DNA of 64,000 nt from an uncultured Chloroflexia bacterium (GCA_963796365.1 CAWCLJ010000004.1:1229208-1293207); one strand, 5' to 3'. Counted from the stretch's first letter, positions 1 to 9,942 are shown. The notes: a model not told the origin generated them from the sequence alone. Numbers and translations are program-made.

Positions 1-443
1 ACAGCGCTATGATGTAAAGATCTCAAAGCCCAAGCTAAATGGAATTTTTCCCAAGTTTTTACTATTTTTCTAATATCACCTTTCGCTTCTTCAAAAATGA
101 GGTATGGTACATTACTTAATGGTCCAAAACCTCCTAGTACCTTCGCTGTTCCCCACGCGATTGGTACAACTACATGTTTCAAATTTTTTTCTTTACATTG
201 TTGCAATAAATTTCTTTCAAAATTATAAGCACTAGTTAATTCCTCGAGACGACCTGTCATATCTGCATCCTGCATTGCTTCTGAAAAATCCAATGCTTTT
301 AAAAATGCTCCTTTTCCTTGTTTATTACTTACCAAATAACTGATAGAAGAATATCCGCCTGTACCGCCTTCATTTTTAAAAATTTTATCAACATGCCAAC
401 CACCTTCAAGATCTAATCCTGCCATGTTTTCAGCCGGTTTCAT
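1..443 (-). CDS. Ser/Thr protein kinase, N-terminal part (runs off left edge)
   Basis: Manual translation MKPAENMAGLDLEGGWHVDKIFKNEGGTGGYSSISYLV...AFLKALDF...YLIFEEAKGD: Gly-rich loop, AxxK motif and hinge; GGAGG RBS upstream; not in the ORF track. Confidence 0.75.
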   Translation of the reverse strand, partial: MKPAENMAGLDLEGGWHVDKIFKNEGGTGGYSSISYLVSNKQGKGAFLKALDFSEAMQDADMTGRLEELTSAYNFERNLLQQCKEKNLKHVVVPIAWGTAKVLGGFGPLSNVPYLIFEEAKGDIRKIVKTWEKFHLAWALRSLHHSA

Positions 444-715
444 CTTTTACCTCCAAATTTTCTTACTAAGGCAAAGTATTTACATAAGATTTTACTTAAC
501 TAAATTTTACATCCAAACTATGAAACGTACAATCTTATTTCTTTCCATTTTATTTTTTAATTTGGTTTTTTCGTTAATATCTTTCTAATCAATATTTACA
601 TTATCCTATATTAACGCTATTCCCGATATCTTATACTCCCGCCCTTCGGTTTCGCTTACTAGAGCTCACCTACGGTTGGGCTAAACAATAACACCTAAAT
701 TCAAATACCACACCC

Positions 716-750
716 AAAAAAGAAGCCCCTAGCATTATCGCCAGAGGCTT
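716..750 (-). terminator. Intrinsic terminator downstream of tRNA-Ala
   Basis: Minus strand AAGCCTCTGG-loop-CTAGGGGCTT followed by a T tract. Confidence 0.6.
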
Positions 751-758
751 AAAATTCG

Positions 759-831
759 TGGAGCGTACGAGATTCGAACTCGTGACCTCTTGGATGCAAA
801 CCAAGTGCTCTCCCGATTGAGCTAACGCCCC
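759..831 (-). tRNA. tRNA-Ala(UGC), CCA not encoded
   Basis: GGGGCGT/ACGCTCC acceptor with G3:U70, D arm AGCTCAATCGGGAGAGC, anticodon stem CTTGG-TT TGC AT-CCAAG, GTTCGAATC T loop. Confidence 0.95.
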
Positions 832-835
832 GTAC

Positions 836-1996
836 TTAAACTTTCCTCAATATTCTACGTAATAATCTTACTTCTTTGCAACCGGAGAAATGTTCACCAC
901 GCATGACTAATGTTTTTATAAAGCTATTTCTTATTAATTCCAAATCTTCTTTATTCAAGGAAGGTCTTATCTTAATATCTTTCGGTATATCAGGCAACAT
1001 CTGATTAATTAATACCTCATCACCCATTCCGGCATTTTCTGGAAGAGCTAATACTTCGTTTTGTTTTACTTCTAACTTGCCTTGCTTTAACATCATAACG
1101 CCGGCCAGCTCCATTGGTGATATTTCACGCTGTATATCTTCTTCAGCATCATGTATATATCTCATAGAAGTATTGATATTATCATGTTGAAGCAGAGCCT
1201 TAACCGCCAGGGCAGACCTTGTATTCTTTGCTACAATTGACGCGCCTGTATGCCTTAGAGTGTGAGGACCGAGCTTTTCTCCGGTTAAACCAGCCCGCTT
1301 AAATACTCTTCTAACTTTACTAGCTAGGTCATTAGGTGTAATACATGCAACCGGATAAACTACATTCCTACTATCATCTTTTCTTGGAAAGACTACTCCA
1401 TCCACTGCCATTTTCCGCATCATATCTATTAGCCTGGTATCGCACCTATACCAGCGTTCACCAGTCTTTTCTCTTGCTTTAAAGCCATCTCTACCCAAAT
1501 CTTCAACTTTTAAACCCGCTATACCCTTAATTCTGCATGTTGAATCTAGAAGAGAAGCTATTAAAACTCTCTCTTCCATGCTTTTACATGCGCCTATTAT
1601 CGCTTTTAACTCATCTTCTTTAAAGTATCTTCTGGTTTTATGTTTAACTTCAGGTCTATCGGCATTTTCCGTAGGATCATCCCAACTATACACTCTTTTT
1701 GTATACCTACCGATAGCACGAATATACCCGAAAATTGCTCTTACAGATTCATCATTAATATTGCCAAGTCCGGCAATAAACTCATTAACTTCCGAAGCTT
1801 CATTAAACCAATATTCTCTTTTTTCGAGTAACCTATCAAAAGTCCAATTATAATTGCGAATAGTAGCAGGACTTAAACGCCCGCGTTCTTTTAAATATTT
1901 TTCTTTTAAGTCAACCAGCTTAACCTTAACTTTTTTCTTGCCTTTTCCTTTCAAAAGATTTAAAATCTCTTTAGCCTGTTTTTCATTGATTTCCAT
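836..1996 (-). CDS. Tyrosine recombinase/integrase with C-terminal extension
   Basis: STCR, HTLRH, LLQH and MRY catalytic motifs; next to a tRNA 3' fragment. Confidence 0.9.
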   Translation of the reverse strand: MEINEKQAKEILNLLKGKGKKKVKVKLVDLKEKYLKERGRLSPATIRNYNWTFDRLLEKREYWFNEASEVNEFIAGLGNINDESVRAIFGYIRAIGRYTKRVYSWDDPTENADRPEVKHKTRRYFKEDELKAIIGACKSMEERVLIASLLDSTCRIKGIAGLKVEDLGRDGFKAREKTGERWYRCDTRLIDMMRKMAVDGVVFPRKDDSRNVVYPVACITPNDLASKVRRVFKRAGLTGEKLGPHTLRHTGASIVAKNTRSALAVKALLQHDNINTSMRYIHDAEEDIQREISPMELAGVMMLKQGKLEVKQNEVLALPENAGMGDEVLINQMLPDIPKDIKIRPSLNKEDLELIRNSFIKTLVMRGEHFSGCKEVRLLRRILRKV

Positions 1997-2035
1997 CGTA
2001 AATCACCTCGCTATGTACATACAATAACACATTTA

Positions 2036-2073
2036 CATCGCGAAGGTAAGGGGTTCGAATCCCCTCGGCTCCA
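2036..2073 (+). mobile_element. att site: duplicated 3' half of a tRNA-Ala
   Basis: CATCGCGAAGGTAAGGGGTTCGAATCCCCTCGGCTCCA = 3' anticodon strand, T arm and Ala acceptor strand; no 5' half present. Confidence 0.8.
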
Positions 2074-2108
2074 TTTGTTCATATTTTGAAAAAACGGACT
2101 GATATAAT

Positions 2109-2852
2109 ATGAAACATTACTTATTAAGAGTCGGGGCGGATAAAGACAAGGGCGGCGGTTTTATAAGTCCCATATTTGACGATAGGTCATATAAGTTTAT
2201 CCCCATCCCTGATGATAAAAAAGACTTGATTTTGGATAGAGCTATTACTTATAAAGATTTCAAATGGCAAAACAACTCTATTGTGTCATTTCTGCCTACA
2301 AGGCTTTCACCCCGAAAAGTGTGGCCTAGCAGACCACTTGAGCAAACCATCCATAACGACCCCGAGTTTGTGACATTCACGTACGGTTCTCCTAAGTATA
2401 ATCAGGCCGGTAGTAAAGAAAAGAATTATGATACTCTACTGAATATGGAGAGGGGTGACATTCTAACATTCTATGCGGCATTTTCGAGCAAAGATGGCAA
2501 ATTAGACGGGCTATATTTCTTTGCTTATTTTATTATTGATACCTCGATATGTTGGGGCAATCTTAACGAGCTTAGCCAGTATGATCAAGTTCTGGTGAAA
2601 AACAATCACCACTTCATCCATAAGCGATCAAACCAAGTTGTGGTAGTCGGTGGACCCGAGAGCAGAGTCTTGAATAAGGCAGTTCTGTTGAGCTTGAGAA
2701 CAACAGATTTAAAGGGGACAAACTACTACCCGTGCGTGTCAATAAGGGAGAACGCTAAATACTCTGAATCTATGAATATGTCTTCATTAAGATGTCTACC
2801 CGGTGAAGTGTCTAATTCGTTCAGAGAGTATCTGGATCTCCATAGTGCATGA
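2109..2852 (+). CDS. Nucleotide modification associated domain 3 (Nmad3)-like protein
   Basis: Motifs LRVGAD..GG..SPIF..IPIP, HNDPEF..FTYG, GDILTFY. Confidence 0.7.
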   Translation: MKHYLLRVGADKDKGGGFISPIFDDRSYKFIPIPDDKKDLILDRAITYKDFKWQNNSIVSFLPTRLSPRKVWPSRPLEQTIHNDPEFVTFTYGSPKYNQAGSKEKNYDTLLNMERGDILTFYAAFSSKDGKLDGLYFFAYFIIDTSICWGNLNELSQYDQVLVKNNHHFIHKRSNQVVVVGGPESRVLNKAVLLSLRTTDLKGTNYYPCVSIRENAKYSESMNMSSLRCLPGEVSNSFREYLDLHSA

Positions 2853-2965
2853 GAATTATGCTTAAGGTGACCAAAGCACTTAGACTAAAGACCAAATCGA
2901 AGTCCTTATTAGTCCTACCTGTTGATACCCCAACTCCACTTTACTCAAGCCGACCGCTATTGCCC

Positions 2966-3601
2966 CTATTCCGTAAATTGTACGGTTACCTTTTTAACAT
3001 CCCAGAGGCTCCCGAGCTTTTCCAAAACCTCTTCTTTAATAGCTGGCGCGAACTGGTTGCCCTCCGGCAGATCAATCACCACCCGGACCTCGCCGTCCTT
3101 CAGTTCGATATTTTTCACCAGATTGGTGCGTTCCAGGTCCAACCCGCTAAGGGGATTCATGACCTTTCTCAGACGCCGGTGCAGTTCATCGATGGTCGTC
3201 GGCACCTGGTTTTTTATAAGGCCGTGGCGTTCTTCGTAGTTTTGGATCGCAGAGCGTAGCCCTTCTACTGCCAGCACCGAGCAATGGGCTTTGATTTTGG
3301 GCAATCCGCCAAGTGCTTCGGCAGCCTGCTGCCAGCTGATTTTCTTAGCCTCTTCCAGGGTTTTGCCCTTAGCCAGTTCCGTGATGATTGAGCCGGTGGC
3401 TATATTGGAAGCGCAGCCGTAAGACTCAAATTTGATGTCCGAAAGCGTCTTCTTCTCCGGGTCTACTTTGATGTAGACGGAGACCATGTCGCCGCAGGCC
3501 GGACTACCTTCAGTGGCCTTGCCGTCGGCATTCTCGATTTTCCCTACATTACGGGGGTGACGGAAATGTTCCAATACTGTATCGCTATAAGGGAATTTCA
3601 T
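2966..3601 (-). CDS. iscU: IscU/NifU-type Fe-S scaffold fused to a C-terminal DUF59/SufT-like domain
   Basis: YSDTVLEHFRHPRNVG, ACGD, GCA, KAHC; C-terminal VMNPLSGLDL..NLV. Confidence 0.9.
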   Translation of the reverse strand: MKFPYSDTVLEHFRHPRNVGKIENADGKATEGSPACGDMVSVYIKVDPEKKTLSDIKFESYGCASNIATGSIITELAKGKTLEEAKKISWQQAAEALGGLPKIKAHCSVLAVEGLRSAIQNYEERHGLIKNQVPTTIDELHRRLRKVMNPLSGLDLERTNLVKNIELKDGEVRVVIDLPEGNQFAPAIKEEVLEKLGSLWDVKKVTVQFTE

Positions 3602-3602
3602 C

Positions 3603-4772
3603 TTATGCCTCCTTCTTACCGAGTGGGCTAATCACCCGCAGTTCGTTTACTACTTCGGCCAGCGTTTGTACCACGGCGTCGACTTCCCCCATAGTGTTCT
3701 CGCGGCTCAAGGAGATGCGTATCGAGCCGTGGGCTCGTTCATGGTCGCCGCCGATGCCATAGATGACATGACTTCCCTGGAGCGAGCGGCTGAAACAGGC
3801 CGAGCCGGTATTTACCGCGAAGCCGTGCATGTCCAGGTGCAAAGTAATTGACTCCCCTTCTACGAAATGGAAAGAGATGTTAACGTTCTGCGGTAAGCGC
3901 GGCTTCCGCGGTCCGTTGAGAACAACATCCGGTATCTCTGATAGTAATCGTTCGATGGCGTGGTCTCGCATTACCTCGAGGCGCCGGTTCTCTTCCTCGG
4001 TTACAAGCGTTGCTGCCCTGGCAAAGCCCACGGCACCGGCGATGTTTTCCAGACCGCCGCGCAGGTCGAACTCCTGAAAGCCGCCGTCCATCCACTTTGT
4101 AATAGGCGTACCTTTTCGTATGTATAGACCGCCGATACCTTTAGGCCCGTGGATGGTGTGAGCCCCAATGCTGATAAGATCTACTGGTATTTTACTGACA
4201 TCGATGGGCAGCCGCCGGAAGGTATGTGTGGCATCGGTATGGAAAAGAACGCCTTTTTCCCGGCAGATTTTGCCGATAGCAACGATGTCCTCGACGGCGC
4301 CGATTTCCTGGTTGGCATGTTGTATGGAGACCAGAATTGTCTCCGCTGTTATCGCTTTTTCTAATTGGTCAAGATTAACTAATCCTTCGCCATCTACATC
4401 AAGATATGTTACGGTGAAGCCCTGTTTCTCCAGAGATTGGGCGCTGTGCAATACCGGGAAATCTTCTATTTTAGAAATGATAATATGTCTGCCCTTCTTT
4501 TTGCCTAGAGCTATGGCTACCCCTTTGAGGGCCATATTTGATGATTCGGCGCTTCCGGAGGTAAATATGAGTTCCTCGGGGCCAGCCGACAACAGCCCTG
4601 TAAGGGTTGCGCGCGCTTCTTCCAGAGCTTCCCGCGCCTCGATACCCTGGGTGTAAGCAAACTCGGAGGTAGCAACCGCATATTTTTCGAAGAAGTAGGG
4701 CGTCATCGCCTCCAGCACCCTCTCATCAAGGCGGGTAGCGGCGGAATTATCAAAATATATCCTTTTTTCCAT
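3603..4772 (-). CDS. iscS: IscS/NifS-family protein lacking the PLP-binding lysine
   Basis: YFDNSAAT, FTSGSAESSN, GPKG, TGSAC; canonical HK reads HT. Confidence 0.85.
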   Translation of the reverse strand: MEKRIYFDNSAATRLDERVLEAMTPYFFEKYAVATSEFAYTQGIEAREALEEARATLTGLLSAGPEELIFTSGSAESSNMALKGVAIALGKKKGRHIIISKIEDFPVLHSAQSLEKQGFTVTYLDVDGEGLVNLDQLEKAITAETILVSIQHANQEIGAVEDIVAIGKICREKGVLFHTDATHTFRRLPIDVSKIPVDLISIGAHTIHGPKGIGGLYIRKGTPITKWMDGGFQEFDLRGGLENIAGAVGFARAATLVTEEENRRLEVMRDHAIERLLSEIPDVVLNGPRKPRLPQNVNISFHFVEGESITLHLDMHGFAVNTGSACFSRSLQGSHVIYGIGGDHERAHGSIRISLSRENTMGEVDAVVQTLAEVVNELRVISPLGKKEA

Positions 4773-4786
4773 CTTTGGTCACCTCA

Positions 4787-5206
4787 TTAAATAAACAGGG
4801 TTATTTTTGATTCCATGGCTTCTTTGACGTATGTCCCGACCGCGCAGTATTCAGAAATCACGTCATTGCGCAGGTCTTCTTTTTTGATACCCATGATGTC
4901 CATGGTCATATCACAGGCCAGTATTTTACCGCCGAGCTCTTTAAAGTCCTGCAAGAGCCTCTCCAATGAGGCTACGTTGGCCTGCTTCATCTTACGTTTC
5001 ACCATCCATTTACCCAGGCCAAGCATGTTCATCTTGGAAAGAGGGCCCTTTTCCAGCCCTCCCTTCTTGAGCCGCTGTAATCCCCAGAAAGTAAAATACA
5101 TAGATACATCCATGCCCATAGCCAGGGCGCCGTTACCGATAATCATGGCGCTGTAAACCTTATCCATATCACCGCTGTGCACAATAATTGTTGCTTTATC
5201 TGTCAT
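4787..5206 (-). CDS. DsrE/DrsE_2-family sulfur carrier
   Basis: HSGDMDK, FTFWGL, ACDMTM. Confidence 0.85.
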   Translation of the reverse strand: MTDKATIIVHSGDMDKVYSAMIIGNGALAMGMDVSMYFTFWGLQRLKKGGLEKGPLSKMNMLGLGKWMVKRKMKQANVASLERLLQDFKELGGKILACDMTMDIMGIKKEDLRNDVISEYCAVGTYVKEAMESKITLFI

Positions 5207-5221
5207 ATTCTTTTTCTCCCG

Positions 5222-5446
5222 CTACTTACGTATTCTTATTTTCCAGGTCCCGCCTTCTCCCTCTTCGATACCTAGCAGCTCAAGTCCCAACGCTTTGACC
5301 GCTAAAGGTATCTCCTTTTTGGAAGAAGGGTGTGTACCGATGACCTCGACAATGTCACCTTTCTCCGCCTTCCTTAAGGCTTTCCGCGTTTCAACTAAAG
5401 GCACCGGGCAGGTCTCGCCGGTGCAGTCAACTTTAAACTCTGTCAT
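5222..5446 (-). CDS. tusA: TusA/SirA sulfur carrier
   Basis: DCTGETCPVP motif, 74 aa. Confidence 0.85.
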   Translation of the reverse strand: MTEFKVDCTGETCPVPLVETRKALRKAEKGDIVEVIGTHPSSKKEIPLAVKALGLELLGIEEGEGGTWKIRIRK

Positions 5447-5716
5447 ACTTTCCTCCTGCTTACCTTAGCGTTCAGGCTACCTTTGGAGTCTCTGTACTCA
5501 TATACCATTATGTTATTACTTACCGGTGCCATGTATGTGATATAAATCCCATTCCGGAAAGGTGGGTTTTTATTACAAAGCATGTATGGAGATTGTCCAA
5601 ATTGTTTCACTCCCCTTGTCTTTCATAACAATGTTTTAACAATTGTGATTCTGGCGCGTCAGAATTTTGACCCGGCTCCAGCTTGGTTGTACACTGGATA
5701 TTGGTGATATCCTGAT

Positions 5717-7660
5717 ATGATGCGCGGCCGCTATAGTTTTTTACACCCTAATAATGCCCCCGATGCAAAACCTAGAATAACTTGGCGTTTAATGAAACGC
5801 GTCTGGGGTTATGCCCGTCCATACCGCTGGTGGATAATCGGTATGCTGGCGATGACGCTGGTTACTACCGGGCTGGGTTTGATATCTCCGCTTATCCTGC
5901 GCCAACTGATAGACCAAACGCTTCCGGCCCGCGATTTACACCAGTTATTATTACTGACGATTGCCCTGCTTTTTATCCCGCTTCTGACCGGGTCGCTGAA
6001 CGTGTTCCAGCGGCAGATTAACGCCCGGGTGGGGGAGGGTGTTACCTATGATTTAAGGGTGGATTTATTTTCCTACCTGCAGCGCATGTCGCTGGGTTTT
6101 TTCACACACACTAAAATCGGCGAGCTCATGAGCCGGCTCAACAATGACGTCCAGGGCGCCCAGAGCGCTATCAGCAATACGTTTGTCAGTATCGTCAGCA
6201 GTCTCATCCAGGCGGTTGTGGTAGCTACCGTTATGTTCGTTCTGGAATGGCGGTTGACGCTTATCAGCATCGCGATTCTTCCTTTACTTCTCCTCGCGGC
6301 GCGGGGCCTGGGGAACCGTTTACGTGATATTACACGCAGGCAGCTCGACGTTTTAGCCAAGATGAATGCCGTCATGCAGGAGCTGCTGAATATCAGCGGC
6401 GCACTGCTCGTAAAACTGTTCGGGCGGACCCGGGAAGAAGATGAGCATTTTAAACAGCGCGCCAAAGATGTCCGCAATATTAACGTAAGGCGGGCAGTGA
6501 CCGGTGCGCTCTTCTTCGTCAGCATCGGCTTGTTAAGTTCCATCGGCGTCGCCATTGTCTATGGTTTTGGCGGGTACCTGGTCATAAAACAGACGCTCAC
6601 TATCGGTACCATCGTGGCTTTAACGGTTTACCTGGGAACATTGTATAACGCGCTGCAGGTCCTGACGAATGCGCCGGTGGATTTCGCCACTTCCATCGTA
6701 AGTTTCGAGCGCGTCTTTGAAGTGCTCGATTTGCCCCATGAAATCACCGAGAAGCCGGATGCTTTCGTCCTTAAGGACGTGCGCGGCGTGATTGAATTTG
6801 AAGACGTCAGTTTCCACTACATGAAAGAAGGGAAGGGACTACTAAAAGATATTCGCCGCTTCGGGTTATTGCAGGATACCGTGATGGAATCAGCCGCTGA
6901 CAGGTCAATTCCGGTTGATAACAATAAAGATAATCAAAGCGAAGAAGAAGCCGTCTCCGTCCAGGCCCGTGAAGAAGTGCTGGACCATGTCTCCTTCCGG
7001 GCGGAACCCGGCCAGCTGGTAGCGCTGGTAGGCCCCAGCGGCGCCGGGAAAACGACGTTGACTTATCTGATACCGCGCCTTTATGAACCCACCGCCGGAC
7101 GGATATTAATTGACGGGCATGACCTGCGGGATGTGACGCTGACCTCCCTCACCCTTCAGATAGGTATGGTAACGCAGGAGACTTATCTTTTTAATGACAC
7201 GATACGGGCCAACCTTCTCTACGGCAAACTGGATGCGACCCAGTCTGAAATCGAAGAGGCGGCGCGGGCGGCCAATATCCATGATTTTATTAAGGGACTG
7301 CCCCTGCAGTATCAAACAATCGTCGGTGAGCGCGGTTACCGGCTAAGCGGCGGTGAGAAACAGCGCCTGGCGCTGGCGCGTGTTATTCTAAAAGACCCGC
7401 GTATCCTCGTGCTGGATGAAGCAACCAGTTCGCTGGACAGCCAGTCGGAAGCTCTGATCCAGGAAGCTCTTAGCCATGTGATGGTCGGCCGGACCAGTAT
7501 CGTAATCGCACACCGTTTGAGCACGATTCTGGCGGCGGATTTAATACTGGTTATGGACTTCGGCCGTATTGTCGAACGTGGAACGCACAACGAGCTCCTG
7601 GCACTGGGCGGGCTATATGCTAATTTGTATGAAACGCAGTTCCGCCATAAGACAAAGTAG
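5717..7660 (+). CDS. ABC exporter, TMD+NBD half transporter
   Basis: TM helices, GPSGAGKT, LSGGEKQR, VLDEATS. Confidence 0.95.
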   Translation: MMRGRYSFLHPNNAPDAKPRITWRLMKRVWGYARPYRWWIIGMLAMTLVTTGLGLISPLILRQLIDQTLPARDLHQLLLLTIALLFIPLLTGSLNVFQRQINARVGEGVTYDLRVDLFSYLQRMSLGFFTHTKIGELMSRLNNDVQGAQSAISNTFVSIVSSLIQAVVVATVMFVLEWRLTLISIAILPLLLLAARGLGNRLRDITRRQLDVLAKMNAVMQELLNISGALLVKLFGRTREEDEHFKQRAKDVRNINVRRAVTGALFFVSIGLLSSIGVAIVYGFGGYLVIKQTLTIGTIVALTVYLGTLYNALQVLTNAPVDFATSIVSFERVFEVLDLPHEITEKPDAFVLKDVRGVIEFEDVSFHYMKEGKGLLKDIRRFGLLQDTVMESAADRSIPVDNNKDNQSEEEAVSVQAREEVLDHVSFRAEPGQLVALVGPSGAGKTTLTYLIPRLYEPTAGRILIDGHDLRDVTLTSLTLQIGMVTQETYLFNDTIRANLLYGKLDATQSEIEEAARAANIHDFIKGLPLQYQTIVGERGYRLSGGEKQRLALARVILKDPRILVLDEATSSLDSQSEALIQEALSHVMVGRTSIVIAHRLSTILAADLILVMDFGRIVERGTHNELLALGGLYANLYETQFRHKTK

Positions 7661-7718
7661 CAACGCGCCATAAATAAGACCTGATAAGAAATACCAGGTT
7701 AAAAAAAGGAAGGCCCGG

Positions 7719-8405
7719 ATGGTTAATATTAATCAATATGATTGTCTTTTAGACCTGGTGAAAAAGCGACGTACCGTCCGCCAGTTTAAATCTGACCCGG
7801 TGCCGGATGAATATATTACCAAAATTATTGAAGTAGCGCGCTGGGCCCCTTCCGGTTTCCATACCCAGCCGTGGGAATTTATAGTCATAAAAGACCCGGA
7901 GATAAAAAGCAAGGTCGTAGCTGCGCTGGAGCGGCATAGCCCTCCTATCAAAGACCCGGCTAAGAAATCCTCGCGGCGCAATAGCTACAAGGACGCGCCA
8001 GTCTTTATCCTGGCGTTGTGTGATTGGCGGGCAAAGGTCGGCTTGCCCGGTTCACCCAGGACCAACGAACAGGCGGCAGGGCTTTATACTTCCAGTATGG
8101 CTAATGCCTTTTTGTTGATGCACCTCGCCGCAACCGCTCTGGGCCTGGCGTCACAGTGGTACACCGCTACTTCCCGCCCGGAGACAGAGCAAGCTTTAAG
8201 AGAAATTATTGGCATCCCGAAGGACCTGACTATTTATGATATGATGGTTCTCGGCTATGCCGCTGCTTCACCAGGTCCTAAGTTTGTAAGAGACGTCGGC
8301 GAAATAATGCACTTTGATAATTGCGGCGCTAATGATTTCCGGACGGACGAAGAAGTAAACGCCTATGCTGAAAAGACCAAAGCCTGGTGTCTGGCGGAGC
8401 ACTGA
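7719..8405 (+). CDS. Nitroreductase family protein
   Basis: RRTVRQF, WAPSGFHTQPWEF. Confidence 0.9.
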   Translation: MVNINQYDCLLDLVKKRRTVRQFKSDPVPDEYITKIIEVARWAPSGFHTQPWEFIVIKDPEIKSKVVAALERHSPPIKDPAKKSSRRNSYKDAPVFILALCDWRAKVGLPGSPRTNEQAAGLYTSSMANAFLLMHLAATALGLASQWYTATSRPETEQALREIIGIPKDLTIYDMMVLGYAAASPGPKFVRDVGEIMHFDNCGANDFRTDEEVNAYAEKTKAWCLAEH

Positions 8406-8415
8406 TAACGAATTT

Positions 8416-8850
8416 TTAAACCTTTAGACATCTTGGTTGCGGCAGTCCGCGCTTTATCAGTTCCTTTTTGAAGTCGGCGAATGACGGGGTGGTTAAAAAT
8501 CGGGTAAGATGTGTCCGGCAATGACAATCCGAACTCCCAAAACCCGGGATGCAGGGAGTTGCCCCGGGGAGCCCTGCCACAATAGTATTCCAGGTGCATT
8601 CGAGCCGCTCATTGCTTAATACGTACCATACTTGAATTATGCTGGTATGCGAAAGCAAATAATCGATGTGCCAGTGCAATGACTTCTCTTGACTGAAGTG
8701 ACGCTTTACCCGGTTTTTTAGTCCTCGTAAGGCGCTGCCGGCATAGACGTAGAAGCCGGACGGAATTTCAAACGTCCCTAAACTGCCGACCTGCAGACGG
8801 AGCCGCTCCGGAGAAAAAATAACTAAGGCATATGTCCCGGCATCGTTCAT
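8416..8850 (-). CDS. GIY-YIG/Uri superfamily nuclease (DUF123 type)
   Basis: GTY...YVYAGSA, HWHIDYL, GFGSSDC.C.THL. Confidence 0.85.
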   Translation of the reverse strand: MNDAGTYALVIFSPERLRLQVGSLGTFEIPSGFYVYAGSALRGLKNRVKRHFSQEKSLHWHIDYLLSHTSIIQVWYVLSNERLECTWNTIVAGLPGATPCIPGFGSSDCHCRTHLTRFLTTPSFADFKKELIKRGLPQPRCLKV

Positions 8851-8982
8851 AAACTCATTCTACTTGTAAGTTTTATCCCTTACAACGTCGGATGTATCAA
8901 AATTAGCATTTTTCCATCTTTTAGTGTTACAATCTGTGCAATCCGCTTGCCTGAATAGCTAAATAATGGTGGAGGAATATAT

Positions 8983-9942
8983 ATGGACAGGTTTGAAGGT
9001 ACGCGCCCGCTTTCTATGGATAAGACAAAGCTGAAAAAGGGCACTCTGGCCGGTGAAGTGGCGGTGGTTACCGGCGGCGCCGGGAACGTGGGATTGGGCG
9101 TGGCCCGGAGCCTGGCATGGCTGGGGGCGAAAGTAGTGATTCCTGATGTTACGGTAGAAGCCGGAAAAGCCGCTGAAAAACTCATCGATAACGAGAACAA
9201 GCCCGGGACCGCCCTCTTTGTAGAGACCGATGTTTCCAGCGAATCTTCCATGAAAGATATGGCTAAAAAGGCCTTCGATGCGTTCGGGAAGGTGGACATC
9301 CTGGTCAATAATGCCATGATCATGTCCCTAGCGGCGCCGGTTCTCAAGTCCACTATCTACCAGATGGACCGGCAGTATGAAATCGCGGCGCGAGGCACGC
9401 TTATCGGGATACAGGTTTTCGTACCCGGCATGCAGGAAAGGCGCCACGGGATAGTTACTTACATGTCCACTTCTTTTAAATTCCCGGTCGGGCCGAGCAA
9501 TTATAGCGCGGCTAAAGCGGCCGCCACCTCTTTAATGATGTCCTTGGCGGCGGAACTCGGGCCGTATAAGGACACCGGAATTTCCGTCTTTACCTTTATC
9601 CCGGCCGGGGTGGGTTTCCCGCGGAGCGCCGGGCCGCTGCCTAAGGAGCTGCCGAAGAATTTCAAAATGCCCTCGATGCCGGGTTATGAAGGAAATATCC
9701 CGCCGGAGGATTGCGGCGCGGCTTTCGCTTATTGTGTTACCCGGGCCGCCGAATTGCACGGTTCGGGCTTGATTATTAATCAGGCTTTCCGCCAGATGGA
9801 CTGGCCATTCCCCAGGCCGGAGACAGTGCCGCAGACGGATTTCCAGCGTATCGATGATATGGCGCTGGGTCTGATGTTTGCCTGCATGGGTCCCGGCTTC
9901 CCCGACCCTAAAGTGCCCTTGAAGCCGATTGCACGGGAATAA
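8983..9942 (+). CDS. SDR oxidoreductase
   Basis: TGGAGNVG, NNA, YSAAK. Confidence 0.9.
   Translation: MDRFEGTRPLSMDKTKLKKGTLAGEVAVVTGGAGNVGLGVARSLAWLGAKVVIPDVTVEAGKAAEKLIDNENKPGTALFVETDVSSESSMKDMAKKAFDAFGKVDILVNNAMIMSLAAPVLKSTIYQMDRQYEIAARGTLIGIQVFVPGMQERRHGIVTYMSTSFKFPVGPSNYSAAKAAATSLMMSLAAELGPYKDTGISVFTFIPAGVGFPRSAGPLPKELPKNFKMPSMPGYEGNIPPEDCGAAFAYCVTRAAELHGSGLIINQAFRQMDWPFPRPETVPQTDFQRIDDMALGLMFACMGPGFPDPKVPLKPIARE

Noticed and set aside
2036-2073. Functional tRNA
   Set aside because: No D arm or 5' acceptor strand
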